A stretch of 49,823 nt of DNA from Octopus bimaculoides (lineage: Eukaryota). The stretch is taken from positions 53,620,482 to 53,670,304 of the forward strand of contig NC_068981.1 in the NCBI RefSeq assembly GCF_001194135.2, in the 5' to 3' direction. Every line of letters starts with the position of its first letter. Position 1 is the stretch's first letter. A program made the position numbers and the translations under genes. The notes under the pieces are model-generated. The model saw only the letters and a program-made list of their open reading frames with translations. It searched no databases and had not been told where the DNA came from. This document shows, in pieces, positions 12,037-24,702 of the stretch.

Positions 12037-12154
12037 CTTTTTGGAATTTTTCTCATGTAGCATGTCATCATAAAAGACATGTGTTATTCCAGCTTCAAGA
12101 CATCTCAGAGCTAAAATAGTTCCAATACATTTTGCAGCTGTGATGTCACGGCAA
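12037..12154 (-). CDS. MRPL18: MRPL18 exon 5 (118 nt): CRDITAAKCIGTILALRCLEAGITHVFYDDMLHEKNSKK
   Basis: Acceptor ttttatag and donor AAG|gtatag. IGxxLAxRCLEAGI matches uL18m. Phase 2 to 0. Confidence 0.97.
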
Positions 12155-12597
12155 CTATAAAATAATATAATTTTGTTTGTCAATATATCTAAGTTTCATT
12201 CATGTATATGCTTGCCTAAGAGCATTTATCCATTTATTATTGTCAGTAGTGAATGATAGGAAGATTACAATATGGCAAGGTTTAAGAATAATAAGAAAAC
12301 AAAAATAATAAGACAGACTATAAAATTAATCCTTAATTAAAAGAAAGATAGAAACCATTTCATACATGTGGTAGTCTTCTCAAAAATGCTCTCCTTACCA
12401 CTCCTTACATAACCCACCCCATCATCTTTTCAACTCTGTTCCTCTCCCTCTCCACCCTGCTATTAATCCCTTTTCTCTCCTTTGTTCCATGCCATACTCC
12501 TCAATTCTCTTCTCTTGTATACCATTCTTAATCCATGGGGATAAGACCATTACCCACTCTTTCTTCTGGTTTAACTCAGTTACAGGAGCTACGTAGG

Positions 12598-14739
12598 TGT
12601 TATATCGCACATTCAGATGGCATGCCTTCGCCAATAATATACCTCTACTCAACCATCGAACTCTCACTTCCGACAACTCAACTCAACAGAACTCGACATC
12701 TAGTCTACCGACGGCTCCGGCTCGCTCTACGTGACGCTTCTCATATAGCTATCACGTCCACTATTTATACGTATTGGACTAGCCTACTTATCATCTGGGA
12801 GCATCAACACAACACCTCCTCCTTTTGAGAGTTTTTTCTTTTTTTTCTAAACCTGAATTTATTGATTTTATTTCCTCGGTGAGAAACTGGCATATCTTTT
12901 TCTCTTAGCGTTAATTTCCATCATTTCTGTGGGTTTTCTCTTCATGTTTGACCTACGTGTTGGTTCTGCTTCTGCTCGTGGTTCTGGGACCTCAAACAAA
13001 TCATACCATATATCCATTGGTTCCTCTCGTCTCTCTTGATTTTTGGTATATCTTTCTTTTTAATCGGTTTATATGCCTTCTGTGTTCATATTTTGGTCCT
13101 TTTACCATGTACATCACATTACCCAGATGTCCAGTTATACTTCCTTGTTCCCAGTTCTGTTTTCTGTTTCTATACATTTTAAAACACACTTCATCACCTG
13201 TGTTAAAAAATTTTGTTCTTCCTGAATTTTCTATTTTCTGTTTCCTACTCAGCAACAATTTATCAAAAATAGAATGAATTTTTCTGGGAAACATCAAATC
13301 TGCGGGTGACCTACCTGACTCTGCATTTGGATTCGGTGTTATTCTATACACCTGCAAAAATTTTGTCATTTTTGTATCTTTAAAGGTTTCCTGTCTGGTT
13401 TTCCTTAAGGCTCTCTTGAATGTGTCGACGAATCTTTCTGCTAACCCATTTGACCTTGGATGGTATGGCGGAGTTAACACATGCTTCATATTTTTCGTGT
13501 TACTCAACATTTTTAAAATCTTGTTTATGAACCTATCTTTTCCTGATTCGAATTTAATTTGTTCCAGTGTTACCGATAAATCACGTACTACATTGCACAA
13601 AATGTTCTTCAGTTCCATTTCTAATTTTAATGATGCAATCACCGTGACTTCAAAAGGTTCCTCATATTTTGAAATTAGCCTAGACAACGCATCTGTGTGT
13701 CCCATTTTCATTGATGGCAAAAACTATCTGGAAATCATAGTTCAACAGGGTAGTCCCCCAGCGCTGTAAGTGGTTTGCTGAGTGCATGGGGATACTCTTT
13801 TTCGAACCCAAAATAGACAATAATGGTCCGTGATCCGTTTGCAGTGTAAACTTTCTCCCATGTAAGAATTTATGGAATTTTTTTACTGCGAAGATTAATG
13901 ATAATGCCTCTTTTTCAATCTGGCTGTAGTTTCTTTCCACTGGTAATAGAACTCTCGATGCATGTGCAATAGCTTTGATTTTATCATCATTAAATTTACG
14001 TAATATCACAGCTCCTATACCATATTCACTGGCATCCGATGTCACAATTATTTTCCGGTTTGGGTCAAAATGAGTTAATGATAACTCTGATGTTAACCAC
14101 TTTTTTAATTCCACGAATGATTTCTGACATTTGTTTGTCCAGTCCCATTTCAAGTCCTTCTTTAGCAACTTGTTGAACAGAGCTCTTAGCTCATACATTT
14201 TAGGTATGTACAACTGGTAATAACTTACCAGACCTAAAAATGCTTGTAGTGTTGTTTTGTTAGTGGGAGCAGGCATTTTTTTTATCGCGTCGATTCTAGA
14301 AGGGTCCGGTTTTCGTCCGTTTTCATCGATCACCTGTCCTAAGTACTTTATTTTTGTCAAGAAAAATTCACATTTATCCTCACTTACTTCAAACCCATAA
14401 TCGCTTATTCATTTGAAAACCTCTTCTATATGTTCAATATGTTAGTCCCTCAATTCACTTTTGATCAATATGTCATCCAAGTATGGGACCATGAACTCAC
14501 AATCCGTTAGCATAGTATCCATCACTTGCTGAAATATTGCTAGTGCAACCTTAACCCCAAATGGCAGTCTTTTGAAATGGTAGAAACCTTTATGAATATT
14601 GATTGTTAATACTTTAGCACATTCTTCATCTACTGACAGCTCCGGTTCACTCTATGCGATGCTCCTCGTCTAGCTATCACGCCCACTACTTATACGTATT
14701 AGACTAACCTACTTATCGTCTGGGGGCGTCCACACAACA
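12598..14739 (-). mobile_element. Internally deleted Ty3/Gypsy LTR retrotransposon in MRPL18 intron 4
   Basis: 3' LTR 12598-12814 (TGTT...AACA) preceded on the minus strand by the PPT AAAAGGAGGAGG. Truncated 5' LTR about 14633-14739. Flanks GTAGG/ATAGG (5-bp TSD, 1 mismatch). Domain order RT-RNaseH-IN. Confidence 0.9.
13001..14632 (-). pseudogene. Gypsy pol remnant (partial RT, RNase H, truncated integrase)
   Basis: RLPFG and YLDD (14472-83). RNase H SDASEYGIGAV and NYSQIEKEAL. Integrase PYHPRSNGLAERFV. The zinc finger and first catalytic residues are missing. Confidence 0.92.
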
Positions 14740-15180
14740 ATAGGGCCTTACACTTGCAAGTTACAAGGAAATCGTCATCTAGTGCTACATGAAGTGGATG
14801 GCACTTGGGAAGGAATTCAGTCATATAAACTAAACTAAAATAGACACTTAATACATGAAGCAGTCCTCTCACTTATCAGATCCTGACAAATTGTTCAATC
14901 TAAGCCAGCATGGAAGCCAGGTGTTAAATAACTTGATCACCATAAAAAAAAAAATCCAAAAAGGATAAGATTGAATGTTTCTCTCTAAAACTTACCACAC
15001 ACATAAAAAAGTATTAAATAATTATTTATTAAAAAGAAAAACCCAGATATTCTCTGCCATGGAATAACGTTTCCATATACAGAATGGTGTAAGTTAGAAT
15101 GTATTTCTGTCATGAGCTTTCATATGAAGCTAATTAATATGTGAAAAGAAATGTCATAAGAAGTGAAGATTTTCTTCAAG

Positions 15181-15214
<34 letters not shown>

Positions 15215-15250
15215 TTATGAAGTGAAAATGAAAATTCTACAAATATTCAC

Positions 15251-15364
15251 CTATAAAGAAACTTTTTAATTGCCCATTCTTTGGTTGATGCTGATACAAC
15301 AATATTCCCAGAAGAATGCAGGATATAAGAATCAAGATTCCAATTTCTCCTTGCAAAAATTATT
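15251..15364 (-). CDS. MRPL18: MRPL18 exon 4 (114 nt): IIFARRNWNLDSYILHSSGNIVVSASTKEWAIKKFLY(S)
   Basis: Acceptor ttttcag and donor AG|gtgaat. VVSASTxEWAIKKxLYS is the uL18m signature. Phase 2 to 2. Confidence 0.97.
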
Positions 15365-16639
15365 CTGAAAATGATAAGAAAGTATTATATACATCACATA
15401 TTAAATATTTATATTAACTTTCATATGATTCATTGTTCTAGATTTTCAGTATTCTACAAAGAGATTTTTAGAATTTCTACAATAGTAGCCATTACCTTTT
15501 GCTTGTTTAATACAATATAATTCTATGCTGAGACTTGGAAACAGCCTGTTTGTGCAAGTGCTGTCAATCAAAAACTCCACATACTGGATACCAGTAGATT
15601 TCACAGGTCACCAGGAGAGAATGTGTGCCATTTTGCTGCCTTCCATTTGGTGGCTTTACAGCTCACCAGTAACATTCTCCACTCTCCCCACCTCACTGAT
15701 GTGAGGTCCTGCCTACTGGATCAACTGACTGTAGAATACCAATTTTTAACCAGAATGTTGTATAAACATGGGAGTGAAAGAAGGTTTTGGCATTTTAGAT
15801 TACCAGTAGGAACACTGATTTCATATGTGAGTGATAACTGTTATAAATCATCAAAAACTTAAGTATACAAATGGGAAATAAACAAAAATGGTTAAATGCT
15901 GTTGTCAACAATTACATTTTGATTTCAAGCCTGTCATACCAAGGCCAAATATATTGCATCAGTTACACACATCAATACATACTATTTCAATAACAATTCT
16001 ACAAAGTGTATGTCACATCAATGACATTTCTGTCAAGAACTGGTCTGTCATTTCATTCATGTTCATGTCAAATATCTGTCTCAACCAGTAACATTGCTGT
16101 TAAGCATCTTCTAGTTAGAAACAGAAGATGCTTTGGAATTTACATGTAAGAAAATATTGCTGAATCCATCATGTTAGAAATTAAAAAGCAAAAAAAATGG
16201 GAATAAAACGAATTCCTATATGATACATAATTTGAACTATATCACTTTATCTGGAGAATATTAATAAACAGTAAACAGAAGTAAACAATAAACAGATCAG
16301 TACCAAAGATTAAACTGTTCTATGTGAGATTAAACAGAATCCCATCTAAACAGGATTCCTTGAAGGCTGAATAAACTACAAGTTCCATTTATAACCCAAA
16401 ACATTTACTGAAGAAATGATAATACAGACTTGAGTCTTTTACTGGATTCTATCATTGAACACCACCACTTTCAGCAATTTAGCTCTTTGTATTGATCCTG
16501 GTAGTTATTTCATTTCATTCTGATTTTAGTTTATCAATCTTTTGACACAAAGAGTCATTACTCAATACACTGATTGACACCAGCACACACACACATTCTT
16601 ATCAGGAGATAGATTTATAATATATAGAGGAGAATTTGT

Positions 16640-18160
16640 GTTTTATGTGCCTCACAGCAGATGCTCTGTTTCTGTTGAATATTTTGCAGCAAAGGTCTTA
16701 GCTGGACTGTATCCCAATTGTGAACCTTGCACCAGAAATTTATATCTTTACAAAAACATTTATATGCCTTTTGGGGAAACAACTACTGTGAGATTAGGAA
16801 GATACACATCTCTCTGAACTCCATAAGTGTGGCCACAAAGAAAATTATGTGTTGCATGTGAGAGCTACGCAAGCTATGTACAGAGATACTGTCAGCATAG
16901 TGAGAGTTAGCAATGAGTTAAACAAGATGAGTATCCTAACAGATGCCTACCTGCAAGATAAATTTCTTGTTGATTACAGGTTTTCAGGCATAACTATAGT
17001 TTAAAGTTGGCTAAGGGGATTTCTGTATGCCAATTGACCTATTGTTCATGAAACTGTTGTGGAATTAGAGAATTCTAGACATAGAAGCAAAACTTGAATT
17101 GAAAAACCTTAAAATAAACTTAGCAAAAACAAAACTTTTAGTAGCAGAAAAATAAGACAGGGCACTAGTCCATCAAGGAGGTGGTCATGCTCCTGCAGAA
17201 AAGTAGCAGGACAGAAGCATATCCTGTTAGACAATTGTATACTTTAAGTGCACAAGAGTACCTGCAGTAAAACAACTAATGGAATATATTTTTCAAAAGT
17301 TTGGATGATTTCCTAGAAGTAGTCGACAGTTTTTGTTACTTAGGTGACTTAACTAGTAGTGGGAATGCCAAACGGACAATAGCCAGAGTAAGAATGGGAT
17401 GAAAAAAGTTTAAGTAGTATTATTTCTGCTGGCAACAAAAAGAATCTCTCTCTTTATGCACAAACATTGTACAATGTACCTTTCATTCAAAGTGTAATGA
17501 TGCATGATAGTGAATCATTGGCACTGAATCAACACTGGAAAGAAATGAGGCAAGCATGCTCAATACTCTACAAGATGTTAATATGCATGAACAATGGATC
17601 ACAAATGAATTGAGAGAAAAACTGAGCATAAGAAAAATCAGGTGTAGTGTACAAGAGTGATTGGAAGATTGTGCTATGTACGGTGGATGAATAAAGAAGT
17701 ACCAAGTGATGTAAATGGAAGGGACCAGCAGAAGGGGATTCTGAAGAAGACATGAGATGTACTGAAAGCTCACCTCAGGAGAGCTGAACTACATGAAAAA
17801 TACAAAGGACCACAAGTAGTGAGATGTTTATCTCTCTATTTGCTAGGATAGCCATGTGTCTCCTCTACAGCAAGACACCTGTTCCTGACCCTCTATAATA
17901 CTTTAACCTCTCAACATCTGGCATAAAGCCACTTCCTCTCTACTACACTTCCCCACTCAGTTAAGGGGCATATCTTGACTTCATTAGTGCTGGTGCTATG
18001 TATAAAGAAAAAGCACCCAGTCCACTCTGTAAAGTAGTTGACATTAGGAAGGGCATCTAGTCATAGAAAGTATGGCAAAGCAGACACTGGAGCTCAATGC
18101 AGTCTTTTGGCCCATCCAATCCTGTCGAGCAACCCAACCCAAGCCAGCATGGAAGATCAG
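16640..18160 (+). mobile_element. Decayed RTE-clade LINE (RT C-terminus plus 3' UTR)
   Basis: VRATQAMYRDTVSIVRVSNE, degenerate LYADD, NLAKTKLLV and LEVVDSFCYLGD. The 3' UTR carries the AAGCACCC...GGAAGGGCATC tail found dispersed in the window. Confidence 0.75.
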
Positions 18161-19089
18161 CACTACCACCACCACTGCATTCTTTTATATCAATACAGTA
18201 AGTCAGTAATTCAATAGAGGTCACTGAAGTCAGTATTAAACTGAAATAAACACTGAGGTAATATGTACAATAAAATGTCCTTGAAGGGAATACCCCAGCA
18301 TGGCTTTAGTCCAATGACGAAAACCAGTAAAAGAATAAAGGAATACAAGAATTAAGGACATGAGTAGACAATGGTGGATTTCTAATTTAGAAAGATATCC
18401 ATTTAGTATACTTAGAAACTTCAAAGAGAAATCTTATTTGTTTTGTTTCAACAATACCCTTATTAGCTTCAACTCTCTTTTTCATGAAACGCTAATTAGT
18501 AATACTTAATTAGACATGTTTAATTGATGCAGTGTAAAAAAGAAAATAGGTCAATGTAACAAACTATGTTTAATTTGTCAAGTTTATACTTGTGGTTTAT
18601 TTTCAGCATTAATTGTTTAAGAATTATAAACTGAAAGAAGTAATTCTCTTTGATATTTTAGTAATATAATAAGATAAGATAATGACCTTTAGTTAGGATC
18701 TGTATGATGATGAGAGAGCCAACATGTTACCATCCTATTCTAAAACATTTTCAAGGCTATTAAGAATTTGTCCTAGTCCATGTTTCCCATCATCTACTGT
18801 ATTTTATTCCTCTTCTAACCTTCATAAAAGAGAGAACCCCTCCCCATATATCATTAAATCAGCTAGAAACAACAGCCAAATCACCCTAAACTTATACCCT
18901 AGCATCTCAAATAAGGAGAGAACACATTAGATAATGTAGCCTTATATATCCTTAAAGATGGCATGGTCATAGCAGGAATGCTTTTGAACACTGACCTCAA
19001 TCAGGGTTAATCTGGCTCTAAACAATGACTTTTACATTATTCTTGTAAGTTAACCACTTTTGAGATAGGTCAACTAACCACGGAGAAGT

Positions 19090-19260
19090 CCTCTGCACAA
19101 TTGTTATGCTCTTACTAACTACACCTCATCTCCTTTACTATGGCTGCCACCAGAATCTATGAGTATACAGGAATAGACTACAAAGTGGAGAGAATGCAAT
19201 ATGTTCAGATTGTTCTGCTGCACCCCATACATCATTGCACATCAGTGTGCAGTACAGTCC
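19090..19260 (+). mobile_element. Possible LINE C-terminal zinc-knuckle remnant
   Basis: GCHQNL*VYRNRL...CSDCSAAPHTSLHI resembles the C-x2-C...PHT..H motif of LINE ORF2 ends. Confidence 0.3.
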
Positions 19261-20067
19261 ACAGACAGGTATAGCGAACAGGGAAAATGGATTTGTAAGT
19301 CATGCTGTAGGGCAATCATCCAAGTACCTGCATGATCAGGGTTGGCCAGAGGCCAACCGTTACATTTGTAAGAGGAGCTCCTTTCAAATCTTCTCAAACA
19401 AACTCTAAACTGGCAAGAGTAATGGATAAAATTTAAATGGATGAGGTCATCATGGATCTCATGCTCAATTCTACTGCAGGCATTTTGCTGTGTGTATGAG
19501 AGAGACTAGTACATTCATTTCTATATTCTACATTTCAGTTGAAATAGGTACCAAATCACCTGTGAATGTTGTCAAAGATAGACTGGCCACTCTATCCAAG
19601 GGAAGACATCTCACATTTAAAACAGCAAAATTAGAATTTAACAGTAACCTTCAGTTAGTCATTCAAGTGCAAGGAGGTTGATTTGTACAACTCCACTTCT
19701 TATCCAAAGTATAGTAATAAGGAATTATGAAATAATATTGTGAGCTTTCCATCAAGAAAACACAATATTTGGAGGTCAAAGATCAAAAATACAAGAAACA
19801 ATTTTTTTAAAGTTTTATATTCCAGCAGAAATCTGCCATTAACTATTACTTTTTAGACAGGCATGAACAAATAACACACCATATACCTTTCCATTTGCAG
19901 TCGAGTAGAAGCACATCTACAATTAGAAGTTGTCTAGACATCAACGATGATAATAAGTGAGATGGGATATTGGAGGTGGGAATGTTAAGATTATCACTGC
20001 AGCTGAAGTTGTACAAATAGAGGAAATGAAAAAGTCAAGTAAAAAAAAATCTAAACTCTATCAAAGC

Positions 20068-20107
<40 letters not shown>

Positions 20108-21955
20108 AAGAGTTTAGTAACAAAGTATAGTCAGTTATAAATGAAAAAAAAGGAAAGTGTTTTACTAAAATGGACAGCTACAATAATGAAAGAGATAACT
20201 TTAATAATCAAGATGCTGAAAGAGAAAGAAGTGGATGAAATGAATGGTATTATTCTTAAAAATTGTAAATGGCTGATCACTCAATAACCTAGAGTCACAT
20301 GGAAGAAAGAAAGCTTTCTGATACAATATCCAAAAGCAGCCACATGAAAGCCAATATTAACACCTTCATTCTTAGTAACCAAAGCTATAAATAGTGAATC
20401 ACAAACAAACTATGAGGAATCTTTAGACAGCTGCCATAAGTTCTACAGTGAGAAGACTATTATAGATTTCCTCTTCTTTTTGTTCTTCTTTTGCAGCAAT
20501 TTCACAAACTCATTTGCTAACATTATAAATAACATGTACAGACTTACACCAATAACTTTTTCTAAAAACAATATTATTTTTAACTATAGCATGGCTTTAG
20601 CTGTGATGGCTAAAAATGAACTAAAGAACTGACGTCAATAGTTCTTTTGGAGAAATGTTTTAATTTAGTGTTCTGATAGTAGGAAGAAAGAGGATAAAAA
20701 AAAAAACCAACAGACATTTGAAATGCATAAGTGGGAAAGCTGGTGTTTCATAGCAGATATTTTTTATATGGAGAGATCAGGGGGAGGAGATGAAAAGGTT
20801 AAGGAAGTCAACTTAGGGAGGGAAAGAAACACAGACAGTGTGTATGTATGTGTGTGTGCACGTGTGCATGTGTGTGTGTGTGTGTGTGTGTGTGCACGCA
20901 TGTGTGGTTGGTGAAAGTTTGGAAAATGCTACAGACTAGGTGATTGCAGAGTAAGAAATGATGCTGAGACATTCAGCGATGAGGTTAATAATAACAAGAC
21001 ATAACTATAAATATAAAAGAATGTAGCTGAAATGTTCCTTGTGGGAAAAATAGAAAAACCACAGAGAGAAAATAACAGGTAGGGGAGTGAGACAAGTAGG
21101 GTAAATAAATATAGTAATACTATATAACAGAAAGGATATGCATTGCCAAAAGCAGAGGAAATGATGTTATTTGGTAAATGGACACCGGTATACAGCTGAA
21201 CAGAGGGGGAAAAAAAAAAGAAAAGACATAGGATAATATATAAACAAAGAAAAAAAATGAAGGATTCAACACTAGCTATCAGATTGAGTAAAAAGTAAGC
21301 AATGTTTTGAACCATGAATAATTTGTACTGGATTTTTGTAGAGTTTTGAATTTTTTTTAAATGTGTTGATTGTAATAATACTTTGATGAATAAAATTTCT
21401 GTATTGTTGGAATATATTGCGATGAATTTCATGTTTCAAAACATTGCTTACTTTTTACTCAGCCTGATACATAGGTACAAGAAATAAATAATGAGATATC
21501 AAGGAGGGAGTAGAATATTAGCTGTAAATAGATATGATAATTTTCTACAACCAAGAACAAGCATTTACAAAATAAAGAGCAACTTAGATGTAAGAAATGA
21601 AGTTATTGTTGCTTAGCCCCAAGTCAGCCAGTATTGAGCATTCCAGCACTGAGCTTTCCATCATATTGTTCAGGCATAGCATATTCTGGATTATGTCATA
21701 CAAGACGTCCTATGGCTTTTAAGACTAAACGAATGGATGGAGTAAGATTTAGCTGCTATTTATAATATGGGGAGTGAATACATAGAAACATTTTGTTGAC
21801 TCCTAGCACATGAAATGAAGAAATATAGTGAATATTTAAAGAAATATTACTGATTTAAAAAAAAAATGGAAAAAGAAAAAGAGAAAACAAGAGTCACTAG
21901 ACAGAAGGAACTAGTAAAGCACTTGGAGAGTACAGACCTCTGCCAAACCAGCAGG

Positions 21956-22340
21956 AGTAGCACTACGATGACGATGACGACCACCACCACCATTACCACA
22001 ATCACCACCACAACTATCCTACCACTATCACCACCACCACAACCACCAACATCATCAGCAGCATTGTCATTGCTTCCACTTCAACCACATACAATGTTAT
22101 CATGACGGTTATCTTGACAGTCACTTTCACCACAACCAGTATAACCACTACAATACCACCATCACACAACTAACACTATCATCAACACCACTATTACCAC
22201 CATCACACCGCTCCTGTCGCCATTATAATCACCGATACTATTTTATCCTCCTCACATACTTATCTCGACCATTGTCATCATCAACACTGTCTCTGCTTTC
22301 ACCACAATCACCGTCAAAACTACGATCACCACAATCAGTT
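21956..22340. repeat. Cryptic (ACC/ATC)n low-complexity tract
   Basis: Explains the poly-Thr/Pro ORF 21866-22105. Confidence 0.85.
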
Positions 22341-22639
22341 TCTTTACACTGTTGAAAATCCATTATCCAATACTCATGGGACCGAGATTGTTGCAGATTT
22401 TTGATTTTTCTAATTTCAGAGTGCTTTATTAAAAAGAAAAAAAAAATCTACAAAACGGAACAGTCTGAGGATAGAAACCAGGTCTAAACACAGTAGCTTA
22501 TAGACATACTCTGAATGTAGTTCTATATAAATCTTTAATAATTTTTTTTTATATTTAAAACCATTAGAAATGTTAAGATATCAGCCTCTACCCACGTTAT
22601 CATGCTTTGATTAAAAGGTTACAGCATAGATTAGATTAC

Positions 22640-23117
22640 TTAGATAAGTTTCAGCTGAAGTTGACTCAGGCCATGTCTAATTTAATAGCACCACCTGGAA
22701 GAGATACACAGTCAGCTCTGGGGAATCGTAACCCATTCAAGCAGAGGGTTATTGTTTTCAGAGACATATCTGGGTGTGGGTGGTTTATCTGGTACTTGTT
22801 GGGGATAATCATCTAGAGATCATTTGAATGCCGTGAAGTTACTTTCCTCCTTTATGTGAGTCTGGCACGATGTTGAAGAGAGCAGGGCCAATTGAGGTGA
22901 AATAGTTCTGTCATAGTGTTGTGATACGACACGAACATTTCTGTAGTGGATGAATGGCACGGGGGCCAAGACTCAGATGAATTTTAAAGATGACTAATGT
23001 TGATGGAATATTTTCCACATCATACAGATGATATAGAGCTCACAGCGGCGGTGGAGGGAGCAAAGCCTGAGCTTTTTGAATCGATCCCAATAGTCAAAGC
23101 TTGTCATGCCATCTTCC
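22640..23117 (-). mobile_element. CR1-clade LINE 3' remnant
   Basis: GMTSFDYWDRFKKLRLCSLHRRCELYIICMMWKI, YFTSIGPALFNIVP and FK*SLDDY..VPDKP match CR1 ORF2 C-terminal motifs. Confidence 0.75.
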
Positions 23118-23503
23118 ACAGACCTCCATCAAGCAGCTCATTTTAAGATAGATACACGGGTAAAATTACTAATAGAGAAACGAAAATAAACTTTGAAAAC
23201 AGCAACGCCACCATAGGCTACGTTGAAACAATGAACGTGTTTTCAAGGGAGATAATCAAAGAACGTAACATTGTAATACTTCATGTAAAGTAAATATAAC
23301 AAATGAAAAATCCTTCAAGAATCCATAAAAATTCCCAGATCACTACCAAAATTTCATCATCTGTTCCTTGTGTCATTACCAACTTTTCCTGCAAGCTTCA
23401 TCAAATACTGTTCACAACTTTTTGAGTTATTTTGCACACAGATGGATAAACAGACAAACGAACGCCGATGAAAACATAACCTCCTTCCTTGGCGGAGGTA
23501 ATT
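23118..23503 (-). mobile_element. HINE/DINE-1-like (Helentron-associated) element
   Basis: 5' hairpin ACCTCC-GCCAAGGAA-GGAGGT. Subterminal IR 23488-99 vs 23122-33 (10/12). Degenerate (GTCT)-like tract. Confidence 0.55.
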
Positions 23504-23597
23504 ACAGAATTAACATCAGAGTAACAGCAGTAGCACAGTATTAATGATAACTGAAGATAGTGGAACAATGTTAAGACAATATTAACAGTAACAGAAA

Positions 23598-23812
23598 GCG
23601 ATGAGCTGGCAGAAAAGTTAGCACACCAGGTGAAATGCTTAGCAATATTTCGTCTGTCTTTACATTCTGAGTTCAAATACTGCCAAGGTCGACTTTGTCT
23701 TTTATCCTTTCAAGGTCAATAAATTAAGTACCAGTTGCATAGTGGAGTCAATCTAATCGACTAGCCCCCTCCCCAAACATCTCGGACCTTGTGCCTAGAG
23801 TAGAAAAGAATA
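23598..23812 (+). mobile_element. tRNA-SINE with Nin/Deu-like domain
   Basis: GAGCTGGCAGAA head, GTTCAAAT B box, and GTCGACTTTG.CTTT.ATCCTTTC..GGTC.ATAAATTAAGTACCAG block. Confidence 0.7.
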
Positions 23813-24325
23813 TTAACAGTAACAATGAAGAAGGTATCACAGTGTTGATGACAACAGTAAAAACAGTAGTACAGTATTAACAGTAACTGTAAAGGCAGTG
23901 GTACAATGTTAACTGTAACAGTAAGGACAGTGTTACTGTTTTAATGGTAATAGTAAAGAGAGTGTAGCAGTATTAATGGTAAAAGGAACAACAGTGACAC
24001 AGTGTTAATGATAACAGAACAAGAAAAATATTAGAGTTTTAACAGACAGTTGACTAAAATAGAATATTGCTGGGTATAATATAAAGAAATCTAGAACAGT
24101 ATTCACAGCTGAGTAATGGGAAGTGGAATAGTGTTAATAGTTTGCTAAATATGTGATACAGTATTAACCTTTTAGCATTCAGGTTGCTCAGTCAAATGTA
24201 ATGCTTATTTATTCACATTGTTTTGAGTTAATCATGTATTATTTTGCAGTTCTATATTTAAGAGATGAGGAATCATGTATATTATTTACATTATGATGGA
24301 TTTTGTCCTCATCTTGTTTGTTGTT

Positions 24326-24371
24326 AACACAACGTTTCGGCTGATACACCCTCCAGCCTTCATCAGGTGTC
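24326..24371 (-). ncRNA. Minimal type-I hammerhead motif in the left arm of the foldback (sense to MRPL18)
   Basis: Exact reverse complement of the 24657-24702 motif. Confidence 0.6.
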
Positions 24372-24656
24372 TTGGGGAAATATCGAACCTGGGTTCTCAT
24401 TCCTAGGGTATTTTTTGATGTTGTTATTATTATTATTATTCAGGTCACTGCTTCGAATCGAACTCGGAATCTTGGGGTTAGAAGCCCACACTCTTAACCA
24501 CTATGCCATGGGCATATGGCGTAGTGGTAAAGAGTGCGGGCTACTAACCCCAGGATTCCGAGTTCAATTCCAGGCAGTGACCTGAATAATAATAATAACA
24601 ACAACAACATCAAAAAATACCTTAGGAATGAGAACCCAGGTTCGATATTTCCCCAA

Positions 24657-24702
24657 GACACCTGATGAAGGCTGGAGGGTGTATCAGCCGAAACGTTGTG
24701 TT
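24657..24702 (+). ncRNA. Minimal type-I hammerhead motif in the right arm of the foldback
   Basis: GACAC-CTGATGA-A-GGCTGG(AGGGTGTA)TCAGCC-GAA-ACGT-T-GTGTT. Stem I 5 bp with one GU. One extra A after the core. Loopless palindromic stem III ACGT. GUU site. Confidence 0.6.

Noticed and set aside
15623-15862. ORF containing RRFWH, similar to human MRPL18 REFWH
   Set aside because: Wrong strand. The homologous segment is already supplied by exon 3 at 31616-31693.
19901-19960. Possible + strand micro-exon with cadherin-like DINDD
   Set aside because: Motif imperfect (not DxNDN-x-P), tiny and without neighbouring exons.
20929-21432. 167-aa hydrophobic minus-strand ORF
   Set aside because: Antisense of A/G-rich low-complexity intron sequence, with no recognisable domain.
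24516-24585. Possible tRNA gene (also 10343-10415)
   Set aside because: A and B boxes are present but no clean cloverleaf or acceptor stem could be drawn, and each continues into a repeat body, so these are SINE heads.
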